Assembly: GCA_964016885.1 (NCBI GenBank)
Contig: OZ024743.1
Span: forward strand, 247,814,001-247,878,000
Direction: 5' to 3'
Source of the DNA: Eledone cirrhosa
Taxonomy: Eukaryota
DNA: 64,000 nt
Shown here: positions 49,031 through 62,806 of the stretch, piece by piece
How the letters are laid out: every line of letters begins with the position of its first letter
Position numbering within the stretch: position 1 is the stretch's first letter
Made by a program: the position numbers and the translations under genes
The notes under the pieces: model-generated
What the model was told of the DNA's origin: nothing
Seen by the model: only the letters and a program-made list of their open reading frames with translations
The model's database searches: none

Positions 49031-52000
49031 CAGTTTCGACGATGAATATTCCAATTGAATTGCCTAATATTGGATTATAGTGTATGTGGTTGAGTATTCC
49101 ACAGTCATTTCTACCCTTAATGCAGTGGTTCCCGACCTTTACACTTTCAAGGACACCGTTAATTTCAATACATTTCCTTAGTGATCTCAAGGCTTTTGAA
49201 AGGTTTGACTACTCCACAAGTTGACTGATCTTTTGGCACTCAGGGAAATTTAGTGCAGCGCAGTGTATGACAAAACTGGACATTTGAATTAAAGTTCATG
49301 TAGCGGGCTTCTTTAGCTTCCGTCTACCTAAATTCACTCACAAAGTTTGGGCCACCCCGTGGCTATGATAAAAGACATTTGCTGAAATACGAATCAGTGG
49401 TATCGAACCCGGAACTTCATGATTATGAAGTAAACTTTTTAGCCATTCGGCCGTAGAAGATGAAGGCGTATAGCTTAGTGACCAATATGTTCGGCTTATG
49501 ATCGTAAGGTCGTGAATTCAATTCTCATTGGCGCATTACGTCCTGAAGCAAAGCACTTTATTTCATGTTGCTTCAGTCCACTCAGCTGGCAGAAAATGAG
49601 TTGTGCTTGAAATTTAAAGGGCCAGCCCTGTTACACAGTGTCATGCTGAATCTCACTGAAAATTACTTTAAGGATGCACGTGCTTGTGGAATACTCAATC
49701 ACATGTACATTAATTTCATCAACACTCGTCGTCGGAATTGACGAAAGCCCAACACATACATAGATGGTGCTTACATACACACTTCACACTCAACAACATA
49801 CTTTCTAAAGTCGATTAAATCGACCCCATGACTTGATTGGTACTTTATTTTATCAACACCGGAAGGATAAAAGGCAAAGTTGATCTTAGTGGGATTTGAA
49901 CTCAGAACGTAAAGAACCGGAAGAAATATCACAAATCACTTCGTACGACGCTCTAACAATTCTGCTAATCCACCACCCATGATACTGGACACCGATTAAC
50001 AGTATCGGTAGAGCGTCGGACACCATGCTTTGTAACATACAATTACGGCCCTTTACGATCCGAGTTCAAATTCCGCCGAGAGTAGCTTTGTCTTTCATCT
50101 TTACAGGGTCGATAGAATAAAGCACCAGTAATGCACTGGGGTAGAATTAATCAACTTTCTCTTCCCCACAAATATTACTGGCGCTGTGCCTATAGTAATA
50201 ATCATTAGATTAAACGCTTTCTTGTTTCACACTTAAAAAAAAACTACCAAAACACACACGCACACGCACACACACACACACAATTAAGAAGTCTCATTAA
50301 AAAAAATAGCTCCTATATTTGATAATCAAGAACGATGAAACAGAATCTTTGACACAGTCCGTGGTCGAAAGCTCCGAGCAATTGTTTTTTTCTTATTCTA
50401 ATGACAATACGAATTTGTGAGTCATACACAGAGCAGGGTCTCCGATTTTATAACACTAGCACTGGGCATGTGTATATATGTGTGAGTGACTGTGTGTGTG
50501 TGCGTGCGTTTTTATGTGAGCATACGTGTGAAAATGTGTGCCATGTGCGTTTACGTTTATTTGTGTGTGTATGCATGCATGTGTGTGAAGTAGAGATTTG
50601 AGTCTTGCTCGAGTGTGTGTGTGTGTGTGTGTGTGTGCATGGATGCGAGTGAGGATGTGCGTCTCGCGCCTGTGCGTTGGTGTATGTATGTGTTTGTGTA
50701 TGCTTACGTATAAGGATGTGTCTCGCGGGAGTGTTTGTATGTGTGTGCATGCATGCGTACGAGGATGTGCGTCTCGCGCGTGTTTATTTGTGGTTGTGTG
50801 TGTATCTGTATGTATGCGTTTAATAAATTTGTGTATGTATGTGTGTAATATATGTGTGTATGTATGCGTTTAATAGGTGTGTGTGTGTGTGTGTGTGCGT
50901 TTGATATATGTGTGTATGTATGCGTTTAATATATGTGTGTGTGTGCAAGATATAAAAATAATTCAATAAATAGAGAAATGTGTAAACGACCTGTTCTTTT
51001 TTCTTGTCTTCTTCCATGTGTGGGCAGACGTGCGTCTTTGGAATTGCCATTCTCATAGCATTTAGTGTTTGTTTTTAGAAAGAATTCACAGAAAATTGAT
51101 TATCAAGCTTATTAACATAGTGACATAACATTTCTATGGTCAGAAAATTCTTGAGAAATCCGATATTTTGTTGGTATATCAAATGATGACGATTTTCATA
51201 GATTGATTGAATGGTCAAAATTGTTATTCTTTTACTGGTTTCAGTCATTGTTCATTAGCTTTTGTTCATATCCAGTAGGTAGCGAACATTTAGAGAAATT
51301 TTGTAACCAAACAAATATGATATACAAGCGTTGCACATGATGTTTAGCGATAGAATTACCGATTAGCAGACAGACACAAAATGTATAATAGAGGAAGAGT
51401 GGGAGGGAGAGACAGAGAGATTGATGAAAGGAGGAAGGCTTTTGTTGTTCTGAGGATGAGTCAGGTATGAACGATATTCAATTCCAAGGAGTGAGATTGA
51501 TATATGCACGGAGTAGTATTCGAATGTGTGCATAATAGACAGCAATATCTAGAATGATAAATATGCACGATGTTATACAGCTAAATATAAAGTGTATGTG
51601 TGTGCGTGTGCGTGTGCGCGTGTGTGTGTGTGTGTTATTCTGACTTTTAAACAGGTATAAACAATAACATTCACTGAAAACTAAAATTCCAAAGTACAAT
51701 AAACAAAGGATGTTAATCATATGTGTGCGTGCGTGTCTGTGTGTATGTTTGCATGTATGTATGAATATAACTCCAACGAGGGATGCTGTACGTTTTCTTA
51801 TAAGTAAAATGTTGGAATTGCTGGGAGAAACTAGACTAATCAGTGATGATAAAGGTAAATATAGAAAGTTGCAGTAGCATCGCTAACATCTGTGGCGGAT
51901 AGAGGAGGATATTTACGTTTGCCAAGTATATTTATACATTTTTAAGCTGAAAACCTATCTTTAGAATGGCATCAAATTCTGTTGAGACTCCGCTTCAGAA

Positions 52001-52362
52001 TATCGTCTGCAAACGTTATACTTCTCGTTATACCCTGTTTCATTCAGGTACATATCACACTGAGTTTCGTGTTCTACAGTGCAGGAATTTTCTTTCAAAT
52101 ATCCTGCCAAGTTGTACGATTAATAGATATACATGTACGTAAGTGTGTGCGGATGTATGTATGTATGTGAGTCTGTGTTTGAGAGTCTGTCTATCTATCT
52201 GTCTGGAGTTCGCGATAGAACTACGTGGTTGTGGGTTCAGTCCCGCCGCGCGGCACCTTCTGCTATAGCCTCGGGTTGACCTATGTCTTGTGAGTGAAAT
52301 TTGGTAAACAGAAACTGCAGAAGCCCATCGTATACACACACACACACACATATATGTACGTA

Positions 52363-52526
<164 letters not shown>

Positions 52527-52832
52527 TGTATGTGTGTGTGTGTGTCTTAGTAGAAACAACAGGAGAAAAAGCACTCAATATCAGAAGTGAAGTAATTGTA
52601 GTTAGAGAGTGCGCAGTGCTGGATTTGGGCTTAAGTTTAAAATGATACACTTTAAGACCTCACCATACACAGGGGAGTCAAAATAATTGTATGTTTGGAC
52701 CCGTGTCAGTTGACCATTTTAAACTTGGCGGAATCTATTCCTCTCCAGCTCTGAACACAGCCAATTTTTTCTAGAGGAGAGAAAGTTATACATACATACA
52801 TACATACATATATGCATACATACATACATACA

Positions 52833-55488
52833 CGATGGCTGCAAACTCTTCCAAGAGTATTGCAATCGCTTGTCCGATTCAGATGTGTGACGCTCGGATA
52901 TGGCTTTTCAAGCCTGCTAGAGACTTGCACTCCTTCACACACTGACAACAACTATTGATCTCTCTGGCTTGAGGTCCTGCATCAGGTTGCCCGTGAACCC
53001 TCACAACACCGTGGAGATCCTAGTTCACTGGTTCTCTTTGAACTTGGCTGCGACTGTGGATCCTGAGACCAGATTTACTCAAGCAAATTTTTCCACACTC
53101 AGGGCACTTCAATTCAATGGAGACACCGATCGTTTCGAGAGATACACCAGGGCATTGCTTACGCACATCCCGTTTGATCTTCTCGTGCTCTATGCGTCTC
53201 TCTTCAAAATTATGGACCCCATCATTCACCATTCCACGCCAAGTTTCTCTTTCAAGAGCTTCCAGTCAGCAATAATCAAACCAGTTTTTTGCAATGAGTC
53301 CTTTACACAATCCTTGAATCGGAGCTTTGACTTGTGAGGTGGCTTCTTACCCTCACAAAGCTCGCCATACAAGAGTTGTTTTGGGATTCGATCATCCTCC
53401 ATTCTGCAGGGATGTCCGGTCTATCGCAAACGCCGTTGGTAGATGATACTCTCAATGATCCGACTCTCACTTCTCTCAAGGACCTCAACGTTACTCACAT
53501 GCATCTGCCACTTGATACCGAGCATCTTTCTAAGACACTACTGGTGAAACCGTTCCAGTCTGTGGATATGCCGTTTGTAGGCAACCCATGTTTCACATGC
53601 ATACAGCAAAGCTGACAGTACACATGCAGCATACACTCTCACCTTGGTCCTCATTGTGATTCCTCGCCTGTATAGGAGCTTTGTATCATGTCTATCTGAG
53701 GCCTTCTGGATTTCATCAGCATTTTGGCTCCACCAGGTATCCCGCATGGCCTTCAATCAATGTTGCACACGTGCCTTGATCTGCCTGAAGGTCCGGTCAC
53801 TCCCGTCAGAACGTGTCTCACACAACAATGATGTCAGCACTTTTTGTTTCTCTTCAAGCAAGGTCTGGATCACTGCAACATTTTCATCGAACCAGTCTTT
53901 ATGCTTTCTATTGGTATGACCCAAAACTCCAGCACTAACATCATATACGGTTTTCTTCAATGATTCCCACGTGTTTTCACATTTCACGGACTCAAGGGAC
54001 CTCGACAGCTCAGCTCTGACTTTCTCTGTTTTCAGACGAGCAACGTTTAGTTGTTTTGGAAGTGCAACTTTCTTCCCCCTTACTTTGGGCTTCACAACAA
54101 ATTGAAATTTGGCGCTCACCAGACAATGATCAGTCCAATATTATGCACCTCGCAATACACCAACCAATGTGATATCCCTGATATCACGTTTCCTCGTTAA
54201 AACAAAGTCAATAATGTGCCACTTCTTGGAACCTGGATGCATCCAAGTTGTCTTATATTTGTCTTTCTGCTGAAAGAGCGTGTCCCAACAACAAGATCTA
54301 TCTCAGTGCACATCTGCAACAGAAGTAGGCTATTGTTATTGCACTTACCTACTCCATGCTTGCCCATCACACTCCAAGCTTCCCAGTCATTACCAACACG
54401 TGCATTAAAATCACCAAGGATAACAATCTTGTCTGCATACCATGGATGACCTCTCTCAAAGACATGTAGAAACTTAGTTTTTCATCATCACTGGCGCACA
54501 TAGTAGGAGCGTACACACTGACCAGAGTCACAAAGCGGTTTTGAATCAGAGGGACTCTCATGGATATTATCCGATCATTGAATCCACAAGGAAGATTTTC
54601 CAGCTTTGAGACGATTCCATTCCTGACAGCAAATGCGACCCCTGCCTCTCTCCTACAAGCCTCTGCTCCACTTCTCCAATAGAAGGTATATCCTCCCTTC
54701 TGTTCTGTGAATTGACCCCACCTGCCAATCTCGTTTCTGAAAGAGCAACGATGTCCATGCCATAGCGATCGAGTTCCCTCGACACCAAAGCAGATCTTCT
54801 TTCAGGGCGAGTTTCACTGGACTTGGAATCAAGTAAAGTTCTTACATTCCAGCATCCAATATTCAGAGGTTTGAACCTCCTTGCAGTTGTAGGATGACGA
54901 CCGGGCCCACGCTGCGGTGCCATGGGACATCTTCCGGGCCAGACCTCTTCACAATAAGTTCCAGAGCCCTTACTGTCATTGACTTCAAGGTTATCATCTG
55001 TCATCATAGAGTTTGGTGCACTTTTAGGCTACGGCCAGCCACACGAACCTGTAACAGATCCTGAACAAGCGATGCCTGTGCTTTGAAGGTTTTTTAAGTG
55101 TGGAAAGGCCTTGCACGCGATCAATCCCACTCTCTGAGCATCGAAAACACTACCCGAAAAGGAGAACTGTCAACATTATCGGATGCTTCCGAAGCCGCAG
55201 GTTTTTTTCCAGAGTTTCCTTCTCCTAGAAAGGTGTTGAGACAACAACTGGGGGCCCTTCATTCCCAGGTTAAAAAAAAAAATTAAAAAAAGTACTATTT
55301 GGATGGCCGTTGACTGCTGAGTTCCACCGCCCTTTTCCGGGTCTTGTATTTCATCCAGCAGGGTGTCCAAATATCACCCTCCTCACCAAGCAAGCTTGGT
55401 GGGGTTGCCGGTTTAGTCGTCGACAACCCGACCATGAGACAGGTAGTACTGGGTTACATGCTACCAGTAGCACTCGAGAGCAACCTGA
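52833..55488 (-). mobile_element. RTE-clade (AviRTE-like) LINE retaining 5' UTR, APE endonuclease and C-terminal C2H2-like region but lacking the RT domain
   Basis: NIGCWNVRTLLD...RPERRSALV...ALSETRL; SALLYACETW; CPECGKICLSKSGLRIH; flanked by (CATA)n on both sides. Confidence 0.88.
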
Positions 55489-56180
55489 CACATACATACA
55501 TACATACATACATACATACATAATGCTGAATATAGATTTATCATTAATCGATGACCAGCGGATTCTCTACGGAATTTGAAACAATACTGTACCAGCTTAG
55601 ACATGGACTTTTGTACGCTAAACTGGGAGGATACTGGCTGTTTCAATTGATAAAATTGAGAGTACTTTAACGTTTTCATATGTTACAATAATTACACTGT
55701 TTTCATAGCTTAGGCTTCTGGCTGGGAATGTTGTCTTACAATTAATCCTATGCGTGTGCTCCAAATGAATATACATTTATATATAATTCAAGTGTAAAAG
55801 ATATATGTATATATATAGAGAGAGAAAGAACACGGAATAGCGCTATTAATAACTTCACCTGGAGTGGCCACATAGATAAGCTTCTATTGTAATCGTTCCT
55901 TAGGCATCACAATGTCTACGATTTTGACATTAAAATCGACATCTGTCTATTTTCAAGTTCTGGAGACCGAATGAGCGATTCTTCGGAGTTAACAAAGTAG
56001 TTGCAGAGAGGATTTCAAGCAGTTAAGATGTAATCCACTGTCTCACACAGATCCTGTGGGTCATCGCCAGACAAACGACCATCATCTCTTTACAAAAACG
56101 GCAAATAACATATTTTAACCTTCTAAAGCCTGAATGTTTTATGAATTGCTTCCCTTGATACTGTATTATGTATTAAGGGG

Positions 56181-56350
56181 TTTAAACTCGGCGGGATTTG
56201 AACTCAGAACGTAGAATTATGGCCCTTTACGTTCTGAGTTCAAATCCCGCCGACGTTAACTTTGCCTTTCATTCTTACGGGGTCGATAAAATAGAGCTCC
56301 AGTAATGCACTGGGCTAATTGCTGGCCTTGTGCCAAAAGTAGAAACAATT
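56181..56350 (+). mobile_element. SINE family A with 5' inversion and 16-bp TSD
   Basis: TSD attatgtattaagggg at 56165-56180 and 56348-56363; inverted head segment ~56185-56212. Confidence 0.85.
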
Positions 56351-57431
56351 ATGTATTAAGGGGAGCTCACTCTATCGGCGCATTCAGTCGCCCGCAGCGC
56401 CAAGAGTCTTAAATCATCGCACACACGCATAAATCACAAGAACTTAAACCTTGTTTTCATTACATTGTCTATAACTTCGTAGTAAGCTATTTTCTTAATA
56501 AAAATTCTTTAAGTAGTAACTATGTTTTACTTGTTCTTTCCTCGGCATTTCCACACAACGTTTATATATGGCACAATTTTACCGGCTTCATAATCAGCCA
56601 GCAAGCCAACTATAATCATTACTACAATCACTACTACGCTCAAATGAACAACAAACACAAACCAATTAATTCCGTCTCTACACCACATACATCCAACTTC
56701 GTCACCATAAACTCTCAATACATTCATATTAACTACTCTCGGGTTCCAAATAATAGGGGAAGTGGTTGGAATAAACGGGGTGAATATCTGCTTAAATTCT
56801 AATAAGCGGGGGCTGGGGTGGAATATATAATGTTTTTTTAATGTAAAATAAAATAATTTTTAGATTCTCCAGTTGCTGTATCAATATGAATCACTTACAA
56901 TTAAAATTTCACCGGAAATAGATTGGCAAAATTTAATAGGGGGGGGGGGGGTGACAATTATTCAAGACCTGAGAGTACATTTCATTTTCGCTACACACAC
57001 ACGTATTATTATAGTTGATTAGCAGATAAACCACACTTCGGGTGGCTTTTCTGCTAGCATGTGTAGTGTGTATATTGATATTATACGCAGGTGTATATAT
57101 ATATACATGTAGATATGATACATCAAATAAAATCGTAGTTGACAATATATAATACATAGAAATTGAAAGAAGACTGTGTTACACTCTTATGTAATCAGTA
57201 ACGTAATCCATGATACATTAAAAAAGAAAATATTATATATAGACTGCATTAGGAGAAATTTAGTGACAGAAAATTAGTATGTTTATTTAAGCGATGGCCA
57301 ACTGGAAGTGTTGACATTTCAGAAATTTTAAAGAAGTGAATCTTTGAATAAACAAAATATATTTAATCAATAGCCACGAACGAAATTTAGTAGATAAATT
57401 ATGTAATATTCATTCATTATTTATTCAAAGT

Positions 57432-57600
57432 GAAGGTAGAGGGTTGGACGCCATGCTTTCTAGCATAGTTACGTCCCTTTACAGTCTGAGTTCAAATCCC
57501 GCCGAGGTTAACTTTGCCTTTCATCCTTACGGGGTCGATAAAATAAAGTACCAGTAATGTACTGGTTAATTGCTGGCCTTGTGCCTAAAGTAGAAACAAT
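57432..57600 (+). mobile_element. SINE family A with TSD
   Basis: TSD attatttattcaaagt on both sides; further copies at ~41835-42215, 45000-45150, 49810-50200, 59530-59720 and 63103-63292. Confidence 0.88.
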
Positions 57601-57862
57601 TATTTATTCAAAGTAATCCAACTTATTTTACTAATGGGATAAAAAAATTATAAACCGTACGCAGTCCCGCGCTCCTTACTTTATTATAGTTTAGATTCAT
57701 TTCTAGGATATAATTACATAGATGTCCAGCATATATGTACAAATGAGAAACAGGCAGGATTAAGTGTATGAGTAACTTAGAAGAATAAACTATTTATAGA
57801 GACACATGTAAGATTAGAACCTAGGGCCTTGTGATTGGAAAGTGAACTTCTCATTGTAGAAA

Positions 57863-57904
<42 letters not shown>

Positions 57905-58794
57905 TTAAATAGTTACACACGCACATATACAAAAAACATGCCGTATTTTTACGGTTGTTTATGGCATAGGTTTTTTAATTTCATAGATACATCTAATTTC
58001 TTTCTTTGAAATAAATAACTTCACTTTATATGTTGTTATTGTTATAGAAAACCCTTGCCCCTCTCTGTTTTGATCGTCCGTTTCTAAACTCCTTATCTTT
58101 CCTTTTCTCTTTACTGATGTTCTCTTCCTATAACGTTAATTCATTCCTCTATCTCATTTTTACTTTTATATTTGTAGTTCTCTATTTTTATGTAGGTTTG
58201 TGTCCCTTTGTAATCAAGGCGTATATGAACACATCAACAATGTTTACATATAATAGACGCACACTACTAATCTATATATGTAGTATGTCCGTCTTATCAG
58301 TCAGTGTACTTGTCTATCACCGTTTATTATATCTTTATGTCTGCTATATACCATCGGTGTATCTGCATTTCCTTCCACCTTACACAACTATACGTACATC
58401 AGCTGTTTTGTCTCTGCCCCTCCTCCCATTAATAACTATATCTTTCTCTTCTTACTCCTCTCCCACTACATCTAGCTCTCACTATCACCACCCCTCTCCT
58501 AAATCCCCTTACTTAACTCATTGTCTAACCAACTTTTATCTACTTCCTACATAACGAATCTGTGTCCCTTCTCACATTCTTTGTTTACGATTGCATTTTT
58601 TTCTAAATACCATTACATCATTTCCGAGCGGCACAAGCAGGTGCATAGAGTATTAACTAATATGGCGGAAGAGAGAGTGAAGAAGATGAACAACGGCGAG
58701 AGACCACAAGTATAAGAGGAGATCAGGATGGAGTTTTGTAAAGAAGAACACAGCAAGCCAGCCGCTGTAAGAAAGAAGACTAACCCAAAATAAG

Positions 58795-59400
58795 AGGGGA
58801 TTTGTGAGGCCTCAGTTGACCTGGACGGCAAATACCACTTCCCCTTTTTACCACCAAGAGACCCCAACCTCGTCTTGTGGTGAGGGAAAGGAAGGCAGTA
58901 AAGATAGTGCAGCTTGCTGCCTCTTGGGAGATGAACATCGATGATGCATTTAACAGCAAATACAGTGAGATGGTTGAACCCTGTGAAACCTGCAAATGGG
59001 AGGCATCCTGTTTCTCAGTAGAAGTATGAGTCAGAGGATTTGTCGGATCCACGGTTGACTTGCCCCCCGGGGGCCTTGTCGGAGACAGCAGAGAAAGCGA
59101 GTTACTACACCTGGCTCAAACGCGAAGATGAATGGTGCACCTGACACATTGAGGTATATGAAGACGTCTCGCTCAGTCATAACACCAAACTCATCGAATT
59201 TCATGTTGTTCTGACGTGTTGAGGTGGACGGTGTCACAGCATCAACTCCCTTAAGATTGTGCTATTGTGCAGGAGTTTCGTCGCCTACATTGCTGGGTGA
59301 CCCCGAGTAGTTTTGGCGTCGCAGTGGAAAGGGCCGAAACCCCTATAGAGTTACTTCATCACCTGATGAGACATCGACTCCTGCATTCGGAGACAGAGTA
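58795..59400 (+). mobile_element. HERO-like (R2 group) non-LTR retrotransposon 3' remnant with restriction-like endonuclease
   Basis: EASVDLDG...PNLVLW...VQLAASWE...KY...C...W...VEV*VRGFVG resembles the PD-(D/E)xK RLE pattern. Confidence 0.65.
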
Positions 59401-59729
59401 CAGCAGCACTTCTGCACAGATCTGTGTTTACCAAGCATATATATATTAGGACAATCTCCTTTTCTTTGTACCCGTCTTACTCTCAATTACCTCACACTAT
59501 CTCTCCTATCTTTATTTATGACTACTAATGGTTTCTAATTTTGGCATAAGGCCAGCAGTTTGGTATAGGAAAAGTCGATTATATTGAACCCGGTGCTAAA
59601 ACTATATTTTATCGATCTCGGAAGGATGAAAGACAAAGTTGGGATTTGAACTTTGAATGTAAAGAGCTGGAAGTTAGGCTAAGCATTCGCCTGGCGCTCT
59701 AACAACTCTACCAATACACGGTTGTTGAA

Positions 59730-60850
59730 ATCTGAGATACAATAATTACTTTAACATATATTTGTTATTTCATCATTGTAACATTTGAATCATTATAACT
59801 TTTATCACGATCATAATTTATACTATTAATTAAACAGTTTTTTTTTTAATATACAATGGTTTTAGTAATAGTTTTTTCTCTTGGTTCCCTTATCTATTGA
59901 TGTTATCTACCCTAACAAAAACGTCAGTTAATTTTCTAGCCTTAGAAAATAAAAAATATAACTGTCCTTATTAAATGTTTTACTCTGTGCTTTATTAATT
60001 ATCATTTAATACAATAATATGGAAGTGGAAACAGTTCTTTGTAAAAGGTTCAGTTTAACAGACGGCAGCAAACTGCACAAAAGCGAATGCGTTAAATAAT
60101 TGACGATTTAATAGAAAATTAAACATTAAAACATTACTTAAAAAACCCAGTCTTCGCTTTGCTCTCATTACTACTACTACCACCACCACCACCTAAATTG
60201 ACTGATATCTCTACTGATAATGTCACAAGCTACAGTTCTCAGTATGTGCATGTGTGATCGCTCACACCTTCTGTCTTTTTGCCACTTCCTCCTCACATCG
60301 TAACTACTTTCCCCTCCCATCGACACTTTCTTTTATCTAATTTTCCCTTCCATCAACTTTTCCCCTATTTTTTAAACCCTTCCATCAACTTTCTCCTTCT
60401 CTCTTATACCCTTCCCCCATCCCCGTCACATACCTACGTAATACTAGTTGGCTTCGTGGACACAACTCAGACACAATAATTACTCTAACATATTTGTTAT
60501 TTCATCATTGTATCATTTGAATTATTAGACCAGTAATTTTCATTATCGTAATTTATACAATTAATTTAATACTGCCTTAAATACAATGATTTTTGGTTAT
60601 TGACATTAACTACCCTAACAAAAAACGTCTGTTAATTTCCAAGCCTTAGATAATTTAACTGCCCGTGACTAAACACTGCAAATCCCTATCTCTTTATTGT
60701 CATTGAATAAGCTAATCTAACAAGAAACCTCATTCTTTTAAAAGGGTCAGTTTAGCAGACGACATTTTATTGCACTAAAGCTCAGGCGTTAAATAATTGA
60801 ACATTGAAAACAACATTATATTAAAAAAGATAAACTAGTCTTCACATTTC
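59730..60850. repeat. Diverged tandem duplication (~59730-60155 vs ~60465-60845)
   Basis: Collinear similarity starting acaataattact...tttgttatttcatcattgta. Confidence 0.8.
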
Positions 60851-62391
60851 CTAACCTTACCACAGCTGCAATTCTCAATGTATCATATATGTGTGTACAT
60901 ATGTACGTTTGATTATGTTAGTAACACACTAGAAGTAAATGTCGTTACTGCTTCTTCCTTGTGAGTGAAATTTGGTAGACAGAAACTCCAAAAGCTAGAC
61001 GTATGTATGTGTGTGTGTCTATGTTTATGTTTGTGTTTATGTTCCGTAACTTAGAGGTTCAACAAAAATGAGATCGATAAAATAAATACTAGACTTGAAA
61101 AAATAAGCACCCAGGGGAGGGGCAAAACACTTTTGGCACCTCCACATTAATTAACGGGCATGAGAAGCCAGAGGAAATGTGTCCTATCGTATCTACGCTC
61201 TGAGACTTACAAATTATTAAGCTTTAGCGGAAGGTTTGTCACTTCGTTAGTTGTGGCACAACCGAGACCTCTTAATTGTTTTTATTGTCCAGAAAATGTG
61301 TAAATATTGCAAGTTATATTGTCTGACGCCAGACAATGATAATGGTAATTGTTTCAGACTTAGGCAAGAGTCTTCATTTTGCTGATTATGTAACTTCATT
61401 GTCTCCATGAACTGTTTAAGGCTGACGAGTTCAGAATCTTCTGTGAAGAATTCTTGAGTCAGAGAGGGAAATGAGGGCCCATGTCCTGTGGTTGGTAGAA
61501 CGGTGACAAAGTGTAAATTTTATACAAGCACCTTATCAATAATCGATATTTTCTATGCCCTTTGTAGTTCGATTTTATCTCCTCTTCGATCGATTAATAT
61601 CATGTTTGGATAGTCCTGTTTGAGAAAGCGCGTGGCATAGTGATGAGGGTGTTGAATTCACAATGATAACCGGGCGGTGCATTGTGATCTTTAACAAAAT
61701 ACTATATTACACGTTGCTCCTTCTGTCAGGAGTTGCGACCAGCAGATAGCGTCAGCAGTGGAAAGACGAATGGAATTTTTTCTTGGTCCTTTTTGGATAG
61801 TTCTCGCGCGTTTCAAAAGCGTTTTACATCAGGGAACAGACGGGGAAGATGGGCTCACCTTCATGTGAGGAAAACTTGTATCTTCTGATAGCTATTTAAA
61901 TATTGGTGAGAGGGGCGTTGGCGATAACTTTCTACTTTCCATTAAGTTTTGTTTTATCACCTGTAAAAATGTGTCGGTCTTCCCCGGCTGGCATCTGGTC
62001 CCCACCCCAGCCCCCAAGTGGATGGTATGGTACAACTATGAGTAGGTGATTCAGTGCCATCCGCTTCCAATTTCAGCTATTTAATGTAAATCACACACAC
62101 ACATATATGAATATACATATACCGTATATATGTGTATGTTTACACACACAGACATACGCACGCATATATATATATATATATATATACATAGCTACGCACG
62201 CACACACATATATAAACATATTTATGTGTGTGCGCGTGCGAGGTGTGTGTATAAATATATACACACGCACACACATAAGCGAAGGTAGAACTGAAGTTCC
62301 TAATGGGCTGTACATTTTAATTTAAGATTTCTTTCTCTTTTATTAATTAACACTCAACATCCTCTCTTTATAATTTCCTGTTTTCTTACAG

Positions 62392-62477
62392 AGGAGAGCA
62401 TATTTCCGCCAGTTCTATTATAAATAGAACCAAAAGATTTCTGCTACAGTTCTTTGACGTTGTGGAGAGTTGGTCTC
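62392..62477 (+). CDS. Candidate internal exon (GEHISASSIINRTKRFLLQFFDVVESWS) of an unidentified gene
   Basis: Strong acceptor tttcctgttttcttacag|, donor |gtaaga; only one frame is open and it fits a phase-2 intron. Confidence 0.3.
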
Positions 62478-62554
62478 GTAAGATATAAACATCACTACAC
62501 GTGACGTTGACTGCATGCTTATGTTTGAGTGGCTGCTACACACACACGGTGGGC

Positions 62555-62806
62555 AAGTTACTCTGGAATTTTGCCAGTGTATTCACAGGGTCATCAGACT
62601 TTAAAAAACTCAATGAAACCGATCGTGAGATCGGATCAAGAAAACAATGTTTTCACAAGTTTTAATATATTTAAAACAAATTAGAGTTTTGTTACTCCAG
62701 AGTTCCTCCTGTGAATTCACTGGGTCATTACGTACATATATATATATATATATATTAAAGGAGGGTTACTCGGGAGTTTCGCCTGTGTATTCAGAGGTCA
62801 TGAAAC
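62555..62806 (-). ncRNA. Three tandem degenerate hammerhead ribozyme copies (62555-62601, 62691-62733, 62765-62806)
   Basis: Copies reconstruct to CUGAUGA-NCCAGUG(AAUA)CACUGGC-GAAA-CUC(CG)GAG-UA|AC; each copy has core mutations. Confidence 0.55.

Noticed and set aside
51948-52048. Possible + strand exon (MASNSVETPLQ... or AENLSLEWHQ...)
   Set aside because: Weak donor, no recognisable homology, and phases do not fit the other candidate exons
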